Positions 38,719 to 47,985 of a stretch of 64,000 nucleotides of DNA are shown one piece after another. The translations under genes and the position numbers were made by a program. The notes under the pieces were generated by a model. It was not told the DNA's origin. It saw nothing but the letters and a program-made list of their open reading frames with translations, and did no database searches. Numbering within the stretch: the stretch's first letter is position 1; each line of letters opens with the position of its first letter. The stretch is from assembly GCA_045863855.1 (NCBI GenBank), contig BTVV01000008.1, positions 40,668-104,667 on the forward strand, written 5' to 3'. The DNA comes from Planctomycetota bacterium (GTDB taxonomy: Bacteria; Planctomycetota; SZUA-567; H5-PLA8).

Positions 38719-39717
38719 TCAGCACGAATCCCGGGCGATAAAGGGGCAGTCGAGCACCAGCTTGCAAAAGGGCGAGTCGGGATGCTTCAGGCGCCACAGC
38801 AGGCGTTCGGCCGCGACGCGCGCCATGGCTTCTTTATCCACCTTGATCGTCGAGAGCCGCGGCACCGCGTATTCGCCCAGTTCGATCCCGTCCACGCCCA
38901 GCACCGCGACATCTTCCGGAATGCGCAGGCCCAGATCGTGCGCCGCGCGCAGCGCTCCCAGCATGGCGTGGTCCGAACCGAAGAACGCCGTCGGCCGCAA
39001 TTCCACGGGCCGCTCGAGCAGCCGCCGCGCCAGCGCGTACCCTTCTTCGGGCACCCCCGTGCAGCCGGCCAGGAAATCGGGGCCCGGTTCCACGTTCGCC
39101 AGTTCCAGCGCCCGCCGCGCGCCGTCGTAGATCTGCGCGGTGAACTCTTCGAGGTTCGTCCGGCGCGCCGAAAAGAGCGCGATCCGTTTGTGCCCTTTCT
39201 CCAGAAACACGTTCATCGCATCGAACGCCGCGCGCCGGTAATCGGCCACCACGCCGTCCGAATGCGTCCCGGGCAGGTAGTTGTCTACCGTCACCACCGG
39301 CATGCGCTTGGCGAGCAACGGGACGCGATGCCCTTGCAGATCGATGCAGATCGCCCCGTCCACGCCGTCCAGTGCGCTCGGCGGTTCGGTCAGATGCGCC
39401 GGCCAGTCCACGCCTAATGCCTTCGCACCCAGGCGGACGGGCGCTTCCAGCGCGGCATTCAGGATCGGCGCGAAGAACGGGTCGCGGCGCAGGTTGGCCT
39501 GCCCGCGCACCACGATGGCCAGTGTCGCCGCCAGCGTCTGCTTCGGCGGCCGGCCGCGGCGCGGCCCCAGCACCAGCCGCGGATAACCCAATTCGCCCAG
39601 CACCTGCTCGACTGCGCGGCGTGTGCCTTCCTTTACATCGATATGCCCGCGCAATACCCGGGAAACGGTGCTGGTGCTGAGCCCGGTTCTTGAGGCGATC
39701 TCTTGCAGAGTAGGCAT
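38719..39717 (-). CDS. LacI family transcriptional regulator
   Basis: PTLQEIASRTGLSTSTVSRVL HTH; GLRIPEDVAVLGVDG, PRLSTI, FIARDS. Confidence 0.92.
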   Translation of the reverse strand: MPTLQEIASRTGLSTSTVSRVLRGHIDVKEGTRRAVEQVLGELGYPRLVLGPRRGRPPKQTLAATLAIVVRGQANLRRDPFFAPILNAALEAPVRLGAKALGVDWPAHLTEPPSALDGVDGAICIDLQGHRVPLLAKRMPVVTVDNYLPGTHSDGVVADYRRAAFDAMNVFLEKGHKRIALFSARRTNLEEFTAQIYDGARRALELANVEPGPDFLAGCTGVPEEGYALARRLLERPVELRPTAFFGSDHAMLGALRAAHDLGLRIPEDVAVLGVDGIELGEYAVPRLSTIKVDKEAMARVAAERLLWRLKHPDSPFCKLVLDCPFIARDSC

Positions 39718-39720
39718 GGT

Positions 39721-39850
39721 ATTAATCCCGGTAATATGCTTTGTTTGCCGGTAGAACCTTGACCTTCTTTCTACTCCGCAGAAACGCCACTTGCCGCGAG
39801 AAATAACCGGAATTTTACTGCCCTGGTGCAAGTAAATAAACCGGGAAAAT
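39721..39850. promoter_or_regulatory. Cluster of candidate LacI operators (AT-flanked CCGG pseudo-palindromes)
   Basis: ATTAATCCCGGTAATAT (39721), TTTGCCGGTAGAA (39744), AAATAACCGGAATTT (39801), AATAAACCGGGAAAAT (39835). Confidence 0.55.
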
Positions 39851-39880
39851 ACCCATCGGGTGTTTATGCATTATATTAAT

Positions 39881-39915
39881 TTGACAATGCGTAATATGCA
39901 TGATTGAATGCCCTC
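39881..39915 (+). promoter_or_regulatory. Promoter of iclR-like gene with overlapping palindrome
   Basis: TTGACA-17 nt-TTGAAT with extended TG; the spacer holds the ATGCGTAATATGCAT pseudo-palindrome; ATG 6 nt after the -10. Confidence 0.6.
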
Positions 39916-40707
39916 ATGATTGCTGATCTCGCGCGCACCGCTTCCGACCTGGCACCTTCCAAGGCGCTCACCCACGGCTTGGAGATCCTGCGACTTCTCA
40001 CCGAAGCCGGCCGCCCGATGACTTCCACCGAGATCGCGTCCAAGGTCGGCCTGCATCAGAGTTCGGCCTCGCGCATTCTGCGTACGCTGATGACCGCCGG
40101 CTACGTGCGCAAGCCCGACTACCACAGCTTTGCCGCCGACTACGGTGTGCTGACTCTGAGCGCCGGCGCGCTCAAGCACTTTCCGGTCGTCTCGCGGCCG
40201 CGCGCAGCGATGCACGCATTGGCCGAACGGGCGTCCGGGCTGATGTGTTCGCTCGTCACCTTCTGGCACGGCCAGTTGATCTACCTGCTGCGCATGCAGC
40301 AGGGGCACGAGCCGGTCCTGGTTTCGGCCAGCGGATTTCCGCTGCATCTCTCGTCGCCGGGGCTGCGGATCGTGCTCGACTGGCCGGAAGAAGAAGCGCT
40401 GGCCGCGCTGGCCACTTCGCGCGCGCGGGTGGGCTGGGAGCGGCCGACGGCTGAAGTCCCCGCCGACGAAGCGGCGTGCCTCAAGCGCGCCGCCGGGTTG
40501 CTCCAACACGATATTCTGGCGCTCGCCGGATGGCAGGGCCCCAACCGGCTCACCGCCGCGATACCCGTCGAAGCCGATGGCGAACCGCCGCTCGCGCTGG
40601 CGATCAGCGGACCCGCCGACGCGTTGCCCTTCGAGACCGTGATGCTTTTGATGCAAGAAGGCCGCCGCGCGGTCGAGGCCGCGCTGCGCGAACCCGCGAA
40701 ACGCTAA
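39916..40707 (+). CDS. IclR family transcriptional regulator
   Basis: ALTHGLEILRLL...TEIASKVGLHQSSASRILRTLMTAGYV HTH; PLHLSSPG; LAISGP. Confidence 0.87.
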   Translation: MIADLARTASDLAPSKALTHGLEILRLLTEAGRPMTSTEIASKVGLHQSSASRILRTLMTAGYVRKPDYHSFAADYGVLTLSAGALKHFPVVSRPRAAMHALAERASGLMCSLVTFWHGQLIYLLRMQQGHEPVLVSASGFPLHLSSPGLRIVLDWPEEEALAALATSRARVGWERPTAEVPADEAACLKRAAGLLQHDILALAGWQGPNRLTAAIPVEADGEPPLALAISGPADALPFETVMLLMQEGRRAVEAALREPAKR

Positions 40708-40736
40708 CGCACTCTTAACTAAAGGAGAATCGTACC

Positions 40737-41585
40737 ATGCTCAACCGTCCCGCCGCTCCGCACCTGACCGCCGATCAGAAGGCGCGCTTCGAAGAAGAAG
40801 GCTTTCTGGTCATCAAGGGCGCGCTCGACGCCCCCGCGGTCGCGCATTTCACACGCCTGGTCGACGAACTCGATGCGCGTGAACGGGCCGCACGTGCCAT
40901 GGCATCCGAAGATTTCGTCGAGACCCGCAACGCGATCCATAAGGAGCACGGATTTCTCGAACTGCTCGACTGGCCCGGAGCGTTTCCGCTGGTCGCCGAA
41001 CTGATGGGCCCGGCGATCACACTTTCCACCAGCCACGCCATGGTCCGCCCGCCGCAGCCCGCCGACACGCCGGAGAACTACAAGCGCATCGGCTGGCATC
41101 GCGACGGCTGCGCCGAGGTGCTGCCGATCCACGGTACCTACCCGTGGATTTACACCAAGATCGGCTACTTCCTCTCCGACCTTTCCAAGCCCAACGGCGG
41201 CAACCTGCGCGTAATCCCCGGTAGCCACCTGAAGACCACGTGTCCGCCCACGCCCGCGGGAGCCATCGATCCCGTCGGCGCCGTCACGGTGCTCACCGAG
41301 CCCGGCGACGCGGTGATCTTCCAGCAGCGCCTCTGGCATGCGGTGGGGCCGAACACCAGCCCGCATACACGCAAAAACATTTACATGGGCTATTGCTGGC
41401 GCTGGGTGAAGCCGCTGGATTTCCTCGTGCCCGACCCTGCGCTGCTGGCGCAAGCCACGCCGATCCAGCGCCAACTGCTGGGCGAATACACCAGCGAAAT
41501 GGCCTTCTGGCTGCCCAAGCCGAACGAAGTCCCGTTGCGCGAATGGCTGAAAGCGCACCAGGAAGCCGCGTTGCAGCCGGCCTGA
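40737..41585 (+). CDS. Phytanoyl-CoA dioxygenase (PhyH) family Fe(II)/2OG dioxygenase
   Basis: FEEEGFLVI, WHRD, GNLRVIPGSH, PGDAVIF...WHAVGPN...R; AAGGAG SD. Confidence 0.9.
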   Translation: MLNRPAAPHLTADQKARFEEEGFLVIKGALDAPAVAHFTRLVDELDARERAARAMASEDFVETRNAIHKEHGFLELLDWPGAFPLVAELMGPAITLSTSHAMVRPPQPADTPENYKRIGWHRDGCAEVLPIHGTYPWIYTKIGYFLSDLSKPNGGNLRVIPGSHLKTTCPPTPAGAIDPVGAVTVLTEPGDAVIFQQRLWHAVGPNTSPHTRKNIYMGYCWRWVKPLDFLVPDPALLAQATPIQRQLLGEYTSEMAFWLPKPNEVPLREWLKAHQEAALQPA

Positions 41586-41670
41586 TGCGAAGGGCGGGCC
41601 TTAGGCCCTCTGCGCTTTCAGGTAGGCCTCTAGCCTCGCCAGGAGCGGTTCACCGGTTACGGTTCCGTTC

Positions 41671-43068
41671 CTAAGGCGTTCCTTCCGGCGCAGAGGACGT
41701 ACTCGCCGCCGGACTGGCGCCATCCGGAGTCGCCTCGCCTCCGGCGCGCTTCCCGGCGCCGGGTTTGCGGCGCATTTTTCGGAGCACCTGTTCGCCGCTC
41801 GCTTCGTCGCGGCGCAACTGGCGCAACAGGAAGTACAGGCCCACCACCATCGCCGCGGCCATGGCCAGCACCCACGTACCGGTGCCGCTGTCGGGCAGTT
41901 CCAGCCGCTTCACCTCCAGGGCCGCATAGAGCGGCATGGCGTCCCAAACCTGGTCCTGGCGCACGAAGCTCCAGCGCTGCATGAACAGGCCGTGCCAGGA
42001 GATCACGTCCGGATTCTCCACATCATCCTTGCTCATAATGTTGCGTACGTCTTGCGGGACCAGCACCGCGTACTGCTTGAATTTGACGTCGCGGCAGATC
42101 AGCAGCCACGTGTAGCGCACGCCGCTGTTGTTCTCCTGGTCTGCGCTCCAGTTGTAGATGCGGTATTTTCGGATCAGGCTGCCTTCGAACAAATACGGCA
42201 TCCCGCGGTAATCGCGGTAATGCTCGCTCATCACGTTATTAAAGTGCGCTACGCCCGCGCCGCGGCCGTGCTTCTCGATCAGCGCCGCGCCGCGCGCTTT
42301 CTCGACCTCTTCCAGTTTCACCGCGTCTCCGCCGATCGTGCGCAGGTAGCGGATGAACATATGCAGCACCTGCCGGGCTTCGGTCAGGTCGTTGGCGTCC
42401 GAAAGGCCGCGCTTGGATTTCAGGTCTTCGTCGAAGACGTGTAGAAACGCATCTTCCCAATCTTCGCTCTCGGGATTCAACTCGGGCAGCGGCGTAAACT
42501 CCGCCTTCAGGCCCTGGAACTCCATCTGCCGGCCTTCTTTGTTGGTGAACATGCGGCGGTCATCGCCAGGTGTCTTGGTCTGTGCCGTTTCGCCGTGTGG
42601 AGTGGCCGGGTTCGACTCGCCCTCCTCGTCATTCTCCGCATCCGGGCTCTTCGCCTCTTCGCCCGTTTGCTCCGGGCTTTTGGCTTCCTGCCCCGCCGGC
42701 GCCGCGGGCGCTTCTTCCACGGGGATGAGCGGCTTGCCGTCCGGTCCGGTCAATTGAATATCCGATTGGCCCTGGGGCGACGGATACGCCGACTTCGGCA
42801 ACGCCGGCTCCTTGCCTTCTGTCGCTTCGGTAATTTGCTCCAGCATCCCCTCGGCGCGCTGCTTGCCTTTGTCGCGGAACATTACGAAGAGCGCCGCCAG
42901 CATCACCGCCAGCACGAACATGCGCAGCAGGCGCTTCTGCAGTTGGCTGTTCTCGTCGTCCGTCTCGTGCTGCATCCACGAAAGCTCGGAGACGTTCCGC
43001 GGACCTTGCCCCGGCCGGCGGCTGCCGTCGTCGCGGCCCGGAAGCTTGAACTTGGGAATATCGGACAA
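41671..43068 (-). CDS. Hypothetical membrane protein (N- and C-terminal TM helices flanking an extracytoplasmic domain)
   Basis: TTG start 43068 with GGAGG SD; TM segments MFVLAVMLAALFVMF and WVLAMAAAMVVGLYFLL; acidic linker. Confidence 0.65.
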   Translation of the reverse strand: MSDIPKFKLPGRDDGSRRPGQGPRNVSELSWMQHETDDENSQLQKRLLRMFVLAVMLAALFVMFRDKGKQRAEGMLEQITEATEGKEPALPKSAYPSPQGQSDIQLTGPDGKPLIPVEEAPAAPAGQEAKSPEQTGEEAKSPDAENDEEGESNPATPHGETAQTKTPGDDRRMFTNKEGRQMEFQGLKAEFTPLPELNPESEDWEDAFLHVFDEDLKSKRGLSDANDLTEARQVLHMFIRYLRTIGGDAVKLEEVEKARGAALIEKHGRGAGVAHFNNVMSEHYRDYRGMPYLFEGSLIRKYRIYNWSADQENNSGVRYTWLLICRDVKFKQYAVLVPQDVRNIMSKDDVENPDVISWHGLFMQRWSFVRQDQVWDAMPLYAALEVKRLELPDSGTGTWVLAMAAAMVVGLYFLLRQLRRDEASGEQVLRKMRRKPGAGKRAGGEATPDGASPAASTSSAPEGTP

Positions 43069-43333
43069 GACACACCTCCCGAACGGGCCTTCGCAACGTG
43101 CTCTAAAACCTAAAACGTGCATCCCGGGCATTCCTTCCACGCAATCACAAACCAATTCCAGAGCGCAGGTTCAATCCGCAAGTTCAAGCTGCCGCTGGAT
43201 TTCAATGTAGGCGCTGATGCACATGCGCGCAAGGTGCCAGGGCCGCTTACCTTCGCGTGCCGGTAATCAATGGAACGCTCGAAGGATGCCTGGATTGCGG
43301 GAACTTCCTTATGAGTATTAACTGTTTTTGGTG

Positions 43334-43351
43334 TAAAACACTTAGAACACT
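43334..43351. promoter_or_regulatory. Direct repeat TA(A/G)AACACT x2, candidate GntR operator
   Basis: TAAAACACT TAGAACACT, 20 nt upstream of the GntR-like start in an AT-rich spacer. Confidence 0.45.
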
Positions 43352-43370
43352 AGTTGGAGCGACCCGCCTC

Positions 43371-44456
43371 ATGCCTCAGGGTTTGGATGCGCCGCGCGCA
43401 CTAAAGGACCAGATGGCCGCGCTCTTGGAACGCGAGATTGACGCCGCGCGCTACCCCTCGGGCGTCTTGCCCTCCGTCCGCGTGCTGGCCGAGCGCTTCG
43501 AAGTGAGCGTGCTGACCGTCGTCGGCGCGCTGGAATTGCTGGAAAGACGCAAGCGTGTGGAGCGGGTGCACGGAAAGGGCGTCTTCATTCGCGACCGCCA
43601 GGGACGCTCGCGCAAACTGGGTGTCCGGAACTTCCGTATCGGGGTCTTCGGTTACAGCCCATCCGGGGCCGCGGGCTATTATGGGGAACTCTGGGGCGGC
43701 TTGTCCGCGGCGGCGGGGCCGCGCGTCTCCCTTACGTATATGAACTTGGCCGCGGGCCGCGAAGTCGCGTCCATACGCGCCGCTCAGGCCCGCTTGGCGC
43801 TGGACGGTGCGATTCTGGTGGGCATTCCCGACCGCTCCGTGGTGGATTCGATTCGCCGCAAGCGCTTTCCCGTGGTGCTGGCCGATCATCATTTCCAAGG
43901 CGCGGAATTCGACTGCGTCACGCTCGATTCGGCCGCCGGTTCGCGCGAGGCCGTTCGCCACCTCGCCGCGCTGGGGCATCGCCGCATCGGGTTACTGACC
44001 TCCACACGTCCCGAATACAACGCCGAGCGTATGGCGGGTTTTGTGGACGGTTTGCGCGAGGCCGGCCTGCCATGCGAGACGGCTTGGGTGCAAGCGTCGC
44101 ACCAGGATTTCCGCAGCGGCGCGGACGCGTTTCGAGCCATTTTACGCATCGCTCGCCCCGCTCCGACCGCTTGGCTGACCTGGAGCGAGACTCAGGCGCT
44201 GGGCGCACTGGAGGTCTTGCGGGAAGCCGGCCTGCGCGTGCCGCCGGATATGAGCATCATGGCATGCTCGGGCGCTACCTTGCTGGATTTCTGTCCGTCG
44301 CTCAGCGCCGTCATAGGCGATGGGCGCGTGCTGGGCGCCGAAGCGCTGCGGTTGCTTCTGCGGCGCATGGAGGAACCGGACGCGGCGCCGCAATGCGTAC
44401 GGGTACCCATGCGCATTCATGCGGGCGAGACGACGGCCGCGCCTTCCAAGCGCTAG
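43371..44456 (+). CDS. GntR-type wHTH plus LacI-type sugar-binding domain regulator (AraR-like)
   Basis: LPSVRVLAERFEVSVLTV..AL..LE...VERVHGKGVFI; LGHRRIG, GLRVPPDMSI. Confidence 0.87.
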   Translation: MPQGLDAPRALKDQMAALLEREIDAARYPSGVLPSVRVLAERFEVSVLTVVGALELLERRKRVERVHGKGVFIRDRQGRSRKLGVRNFRIGVFGYSPSGAAGYYGELWGGLSAAAGPRVSLTYMNLAAGREVASIRAAQARLALDGAILVGIPDRSVVDSIRRKRFPVVLADHHFQGAEFDCVTLDSAAGSREAVRHLAALGHRRIGLLTSTRPEYNAERMAGFVDGLREAGLPCETAWVQASHQDFRSGADAFRAILRIARPAPTAWLTWSETQALGALEVLREAGLRVPPDMSIMACSGATLLDFCPSLSAVIGDGRVLGAEALRLLLRRMEEPDAAPQCVRVPMRIHAGETTAAPSKR

Positions 44457-44481
44457 AAGCCGTGAGTAAAAGGAGCGAAGG

Positions 44482-47115
44482 ATGAAAGCCACCGCGATCG
44501 TGCTGGCCGCGTTTTGGGCCCTCGCTGTATTCGAAACGCGAGCCGAGGAAGAGGCGTTGCCCGTCTGGCCGCAGCCCGGCGCGCGCTTCCCCGCCGACGC
44601 CAAGCCCCTCGAATTGCCGCGTGAACGCACCGGGGAGGCCGTCTGGGACAAACCGCCCGCCGTGATTTCGCCGTACGCGAAGGATTGGTACGATTACCGG
44701 CCGCAGGTCTGGGGGCCGGAACGCCGCATCAAGGATCTCGCCAAGTACCATGCCGCCTTGCAGGAGATGCACGTATGCGGCGGCGTGGTGGTGGGAAGAG
44801 AAAATCCCGGGCCCTTCGAGGCGACGCGGTTCCCGTTCTATTCGACCAACCTTTGCAACCAGCTTTATCTACGCAACAAATCCGGCCGCGCCACCTCGAA
44901 TGCTTTCAAGGCCGAACGAATCGATGCGAATCGGGTGCGCGTGCCCAGTCTCGAAGATCCGGCCTTGATGGCCTCCGAAGAACAGAGCGCCGAAAACGCG
45001 GCCCGTATGGCGGCTCCCCTGCGGCCCTTGAATTACGATCTGCGCGACGAAGCCACCTATACCAACGGTTCGGCTAGCCCCTTCGACTACGACTTTTCCG
45101 AAGTCTCGCTCAAGCACTTCCGGCTTTGGCTGCGCGCAAAGTACGGCACGCTGGAGGCGTTGAATGCGGAATGGGGGAGCGGCTATACCGATTGGAATGC
45201 CGTGCGCCCGATGAATTCGGATGACTTGTTGGCCAAGTTGCGCCAAAACCTCGCCTCCGCCAATCTCGCGCCGTGGGCCGACCATCGCGAATACAACGAC
45301 GACACCTTTCAATCGGCCGTCGCGCGTTATCGCCAGGCCATACACAAGCACGACCCGAACGCCCCTGTGGGCTATTCCGGAACCCAGATGCCTTCGGCTT
45401 GGGGCGGTTTCGACTTCTGGAAGATGGGCCTCAATCTATCCTGGATCGAGCACTACGAGATTCTGGGTTCCCGCGAAGCCATACGCTCCTTTATGCCGCG
45501 TTCGCATCCGGCCATCGGCGTCATTCCCTACAACACCATCGAAGCCGGCTTGCGGCGCATGTGGTACCTGGTGCTGCACGGAGATGCCGGTGGGCTGGTG
45601 TGGCCTTACACCGGGAACGATACGAACCAGACCGTGCTGCTGGATGTTCAGGAAGAAGCGGTCGAACTCACTGAGAAAGGACGAAATCTGAAAGCCATTT
45701 TTGCCGAGGCGCGTTCCGGCATTCCGTGCCTGCTGCGCCGCTCCGAACCGCGGCATGAACCCATCGCCATTGTGTACTCGCACGCGTCCATTCGTTGCGC
45801 GTGGCCCTTCGAGGTCCTGCGCGACGGCGACACCTGGATCAATCGCTACAGCTCTTACGAAGGCAGCCACAACTACAGCGCCATCGGACGCGAAGGGTAT
45901 TACAAACTGATCGAAGATCTGGGCTGCCAATATCGCCTTGTCTCCAGCCGCCAGGTCGAACTCGGGGAGCTGGTTTCCGGCGGTTATAAGCTCGCGATTC
46001 TGCCGCGAGGGATTGCGCTGTCGGCGGAGGAGATCGTGGGTTTGCGGACGTTCGTCGAGCAAGGTGGAGTGCTGGTGACCGATCTCATGCCCGGCCGTTT
46101 CCAGAGCAACGGCCGCCAACCCAGCACCGATGCTTGCGCCGAACTCTTCGGACTCAAACGCGGCGCCTTCGATTGGGAGCAGGAGAGCAAGCCTGAGGAC
46201 GAAAAGCGCGGCTACGTCGGCGGCTTCGGCCGCAAGCTGGAGCTTAAGCTTCAGGAGCCTTTTCACGATCTCCCGGCCGGCGAAGTCCTGGCGATCCAGG
46301 GCTTCCAGGAACCCGGTCTCGAGGCAGGCGCGGCTCAGCCGCTGGCGCGCACCGCCACCGCTCCGGCTTTGCTGCGCCACGCACTGGGAAAGGGGTTCGC
46401 ATTCACGCTGAACTTCGATATTCCCAACTACCTGGCCGAACGAGCTTCCGAGCAGCCCGCCGCCGCCACGGCGCCCACGCGCCGCCTCTTCGCCGCGTTG
46501 CTCAAGCAGGCCGGTATCGCGCCCGCGGTTACGGTTCGAGCCGGCCAGGAAGGCACGCACCCCATTGGCCTCGAGGTCTTCCGCTATGCGCTTGGAGCGG
46601 GCGATCTGGTGGCCGTGCATGCCAACGGCAGCGTGCGCATCGAAATCGACCTGGCCGATTACGGCCCCGATGTCAAAGTAGCCGCGAAACGCGAACTTCG
46701 CCTGACCTTGCCGCGCAAAGGATTCGTCACCGAAATGCGCACCGGCAAAGCGTTCGGAAACACCGGCGAATTGAGCGTGCACTTGGAACCCGGAATGCCG
46801 CTCCTTTTGAGTGTGCTTCCGTATGAAGTGAAGGCGCTCGCTGTGGATGCGAGTGCGGGCAAGATCGTTGACGGCAAGCTGGAACTAACCGCCTCGATCC
46901 AGGCCGACGGCGAACGGATCGACCATGTGGTTCACGCGGAACTGGTGGACGCGCAAGGGCGCGTCGTCCCGCAAAGTGTGGTGAATTTACCGCTGAAAAA
47001 CGGAAGCTATTCCGGGGCTATCGACTGCTCCTTCGTGCCGGGTCCGGGACCCTGGACCTTGAAGCTTCGCGATGTGGCTTCCGGCAAGGCCGCGGAACGG
47101 TCCGTATCCAGATAG
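44482..47115 (+). CDS. Exported GH42/beta-galactosidase-like glycoside hydrolase with trimerisation domain
   Basis: Signal peptide; FRLWLRAKYGTLEALNAEWG, PWADHREY, YKLAILP...LRTFVEQGGVLVTD; AAGGAG SD. Confidence 0.72.
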   Translation: MKATAIVLAAFWALAVFETRAEEEALPVWPQPGARFPADAKPLELPRERTGEAVWDKPPAVISPYAKDWYDYRPQVWGPERRIKDLAKYHAALQEMHVCGGVVVGRENPGPFEATRFPFYSTNLCNQLYLRNKSGRATSNAFKAERIDANRVRVPSLEDPALMASEEQSAENAARMAAPLRPLNYDLRDEATYTNGSASPFDYDFSEVSLKHFRLWLRAKYGTLEALNAEWGSGYTDWNAVRPMNSDDLLAKLRQNLASANLAPWADHREYNDDTFQSAVARYRQAIHKHDPNAPVGYSGTQMPSAWGGFDFWKMGLNLSWIEHYEILGSREAIRSFMPRSHPAIGVIPYNTIEAGLRRMWYLVLHGDAGGLVWPYTGNDTNQTVLLDVQEEAVELTEKGRNLKAIFAEARSGIPCLLRRSEPRHEPIAIVYSHASIRCAWPFEVLRDGDTWINRYSSYEGSHNYSAIGREGYYKLIEDLGCQYRLVSSRQVELGELVSGGYKLAILPRGIALSAEEIVGLRTFVEQGGVLVTDLMPGRFQSNGRQPSTDACAELFGLKRGAFDWEQESKPEDEKRGYVGGFGRKLELKLQEPFHDLPAGEVLAIQGFQEPGLEAGAAQPLARTATAPALLRHALGKGFAFTLNFDIPNYLAERASEQPAAATAPTRRLFAALLKQAGIAPAVTVRAGQEGTHPIGLEVFRYALGAGDLVAVHANGSVRIEIDLADYGPDVKVAAKRELRLTLPRKGFVTEMRTGKAFGNTGELSVHLEPGMPLLLSVLPYEVKALAVDASAGKIVDGKLELTASIQADGERIDHVVHAELVDAQGRVVPQSVVNLPLKNGSYSGAIDCSFVPGPGPWTLKLRDVASGKAAERSVSR

Positions 47116-47159
47116 CCCCCGTTGCAATCGGGGCGCTCTGCGCGCTAAACTTGCTTTCG

Positions 47160-47852
47160 ATGAGCACGCCTGCGCCCATCGCGTCGGCCGAAGGCGCTTC
47201 GGCGTCCGTCGCGGCGCTGCATGCGCAGATTCGGCTACAGGTTCGTCTCACCCGGATACGCATGACTTGGTGGATCCCGCTGATTTTTGTGGCAGGGTCG
47301 ATACTTTCCACGCTGGCACTGGGCACGACGATATATTGGGCTCCACGCGGCAACTGGCCGTGGGGCACGCTTGTCTTCCTGGGCTTCTTCACCCTCTTCT
47401 TTACTTGGGGCGTCTGGAACGCCTACACGTGGCCGTACTTCATCAAGCCGCGGGTGGTCCCGTACTTCGAGCGTGAACTCGAACGCTACGGCGGTTCCAC
47501 CTCCGGCGTCTTCTGGCGCGGCCGGGCGTTGTTTGCAAACTTTGCCTTACTCGAACGGCTGGCCGAAACCGCCGGAGTCAAGCCGCTCTCCGCGTACGGC
47601 TTCACCGACGACTACTACCTGCAGCCGGTCGTTTGGCATTCCACCGCGGAAGGGTGCGCTACGGTCGAAGCGCTGCGCCATGGGCTTTCCGCGCCGAACC
47701 CGGACCTCGCAGCCGATCTCGATGTCCTCAGCGCGACGCTGCGCGTGGCCCAGGAGCAAGGCGTTCGCTTCTGCCTGGTGCTTCGATTGGATTCGAGCGA
47801 CAGCCTGCAAGCCGTTTGTACCCGCGAAGAACGATCAGGCCGATTCTGGTAG
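47160..47852 (+). CDS. Hypothetical membrane protein (2 TM helices)
   Basis: Two hydrophobic segments followed by a soluble domain; TTGCAA-18-TAAACT promoter directly upstream. Confidence 0.6.
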   Translation: MSTPAPIASAEGASASVAALHAQIRLQVRLTRIRMTWWIPLIFVAGSILSTLALGTTIYWAPRGNWPWGTLVFLGFFTLFFTWGVWNAYTWPYFIKPRVVPYFERELERYGGSTSGVFWRGRALFANFALLERLAETAGVKPLSAYGFTDDYYLQPVVWHSTAEGCATVEALRHGLSAPNPDLAADLDVLSATLRVAQEQGVRFCLVLRLDSSDSLQAVCTREERSGRFW

Positions 47853-47985
47853 CGCTTTGCGTGAAAGGTAAGGCGCTACGAACACCGATCCTGATTGCAT
47901 GGGCGCAGGAGGCCGATAGAAGTGCATTGCGTGTCTCGCTGCCGGAGGAATAGCGAGCGCGGTGGCGGAAGGGGTTCGTGCGGCC

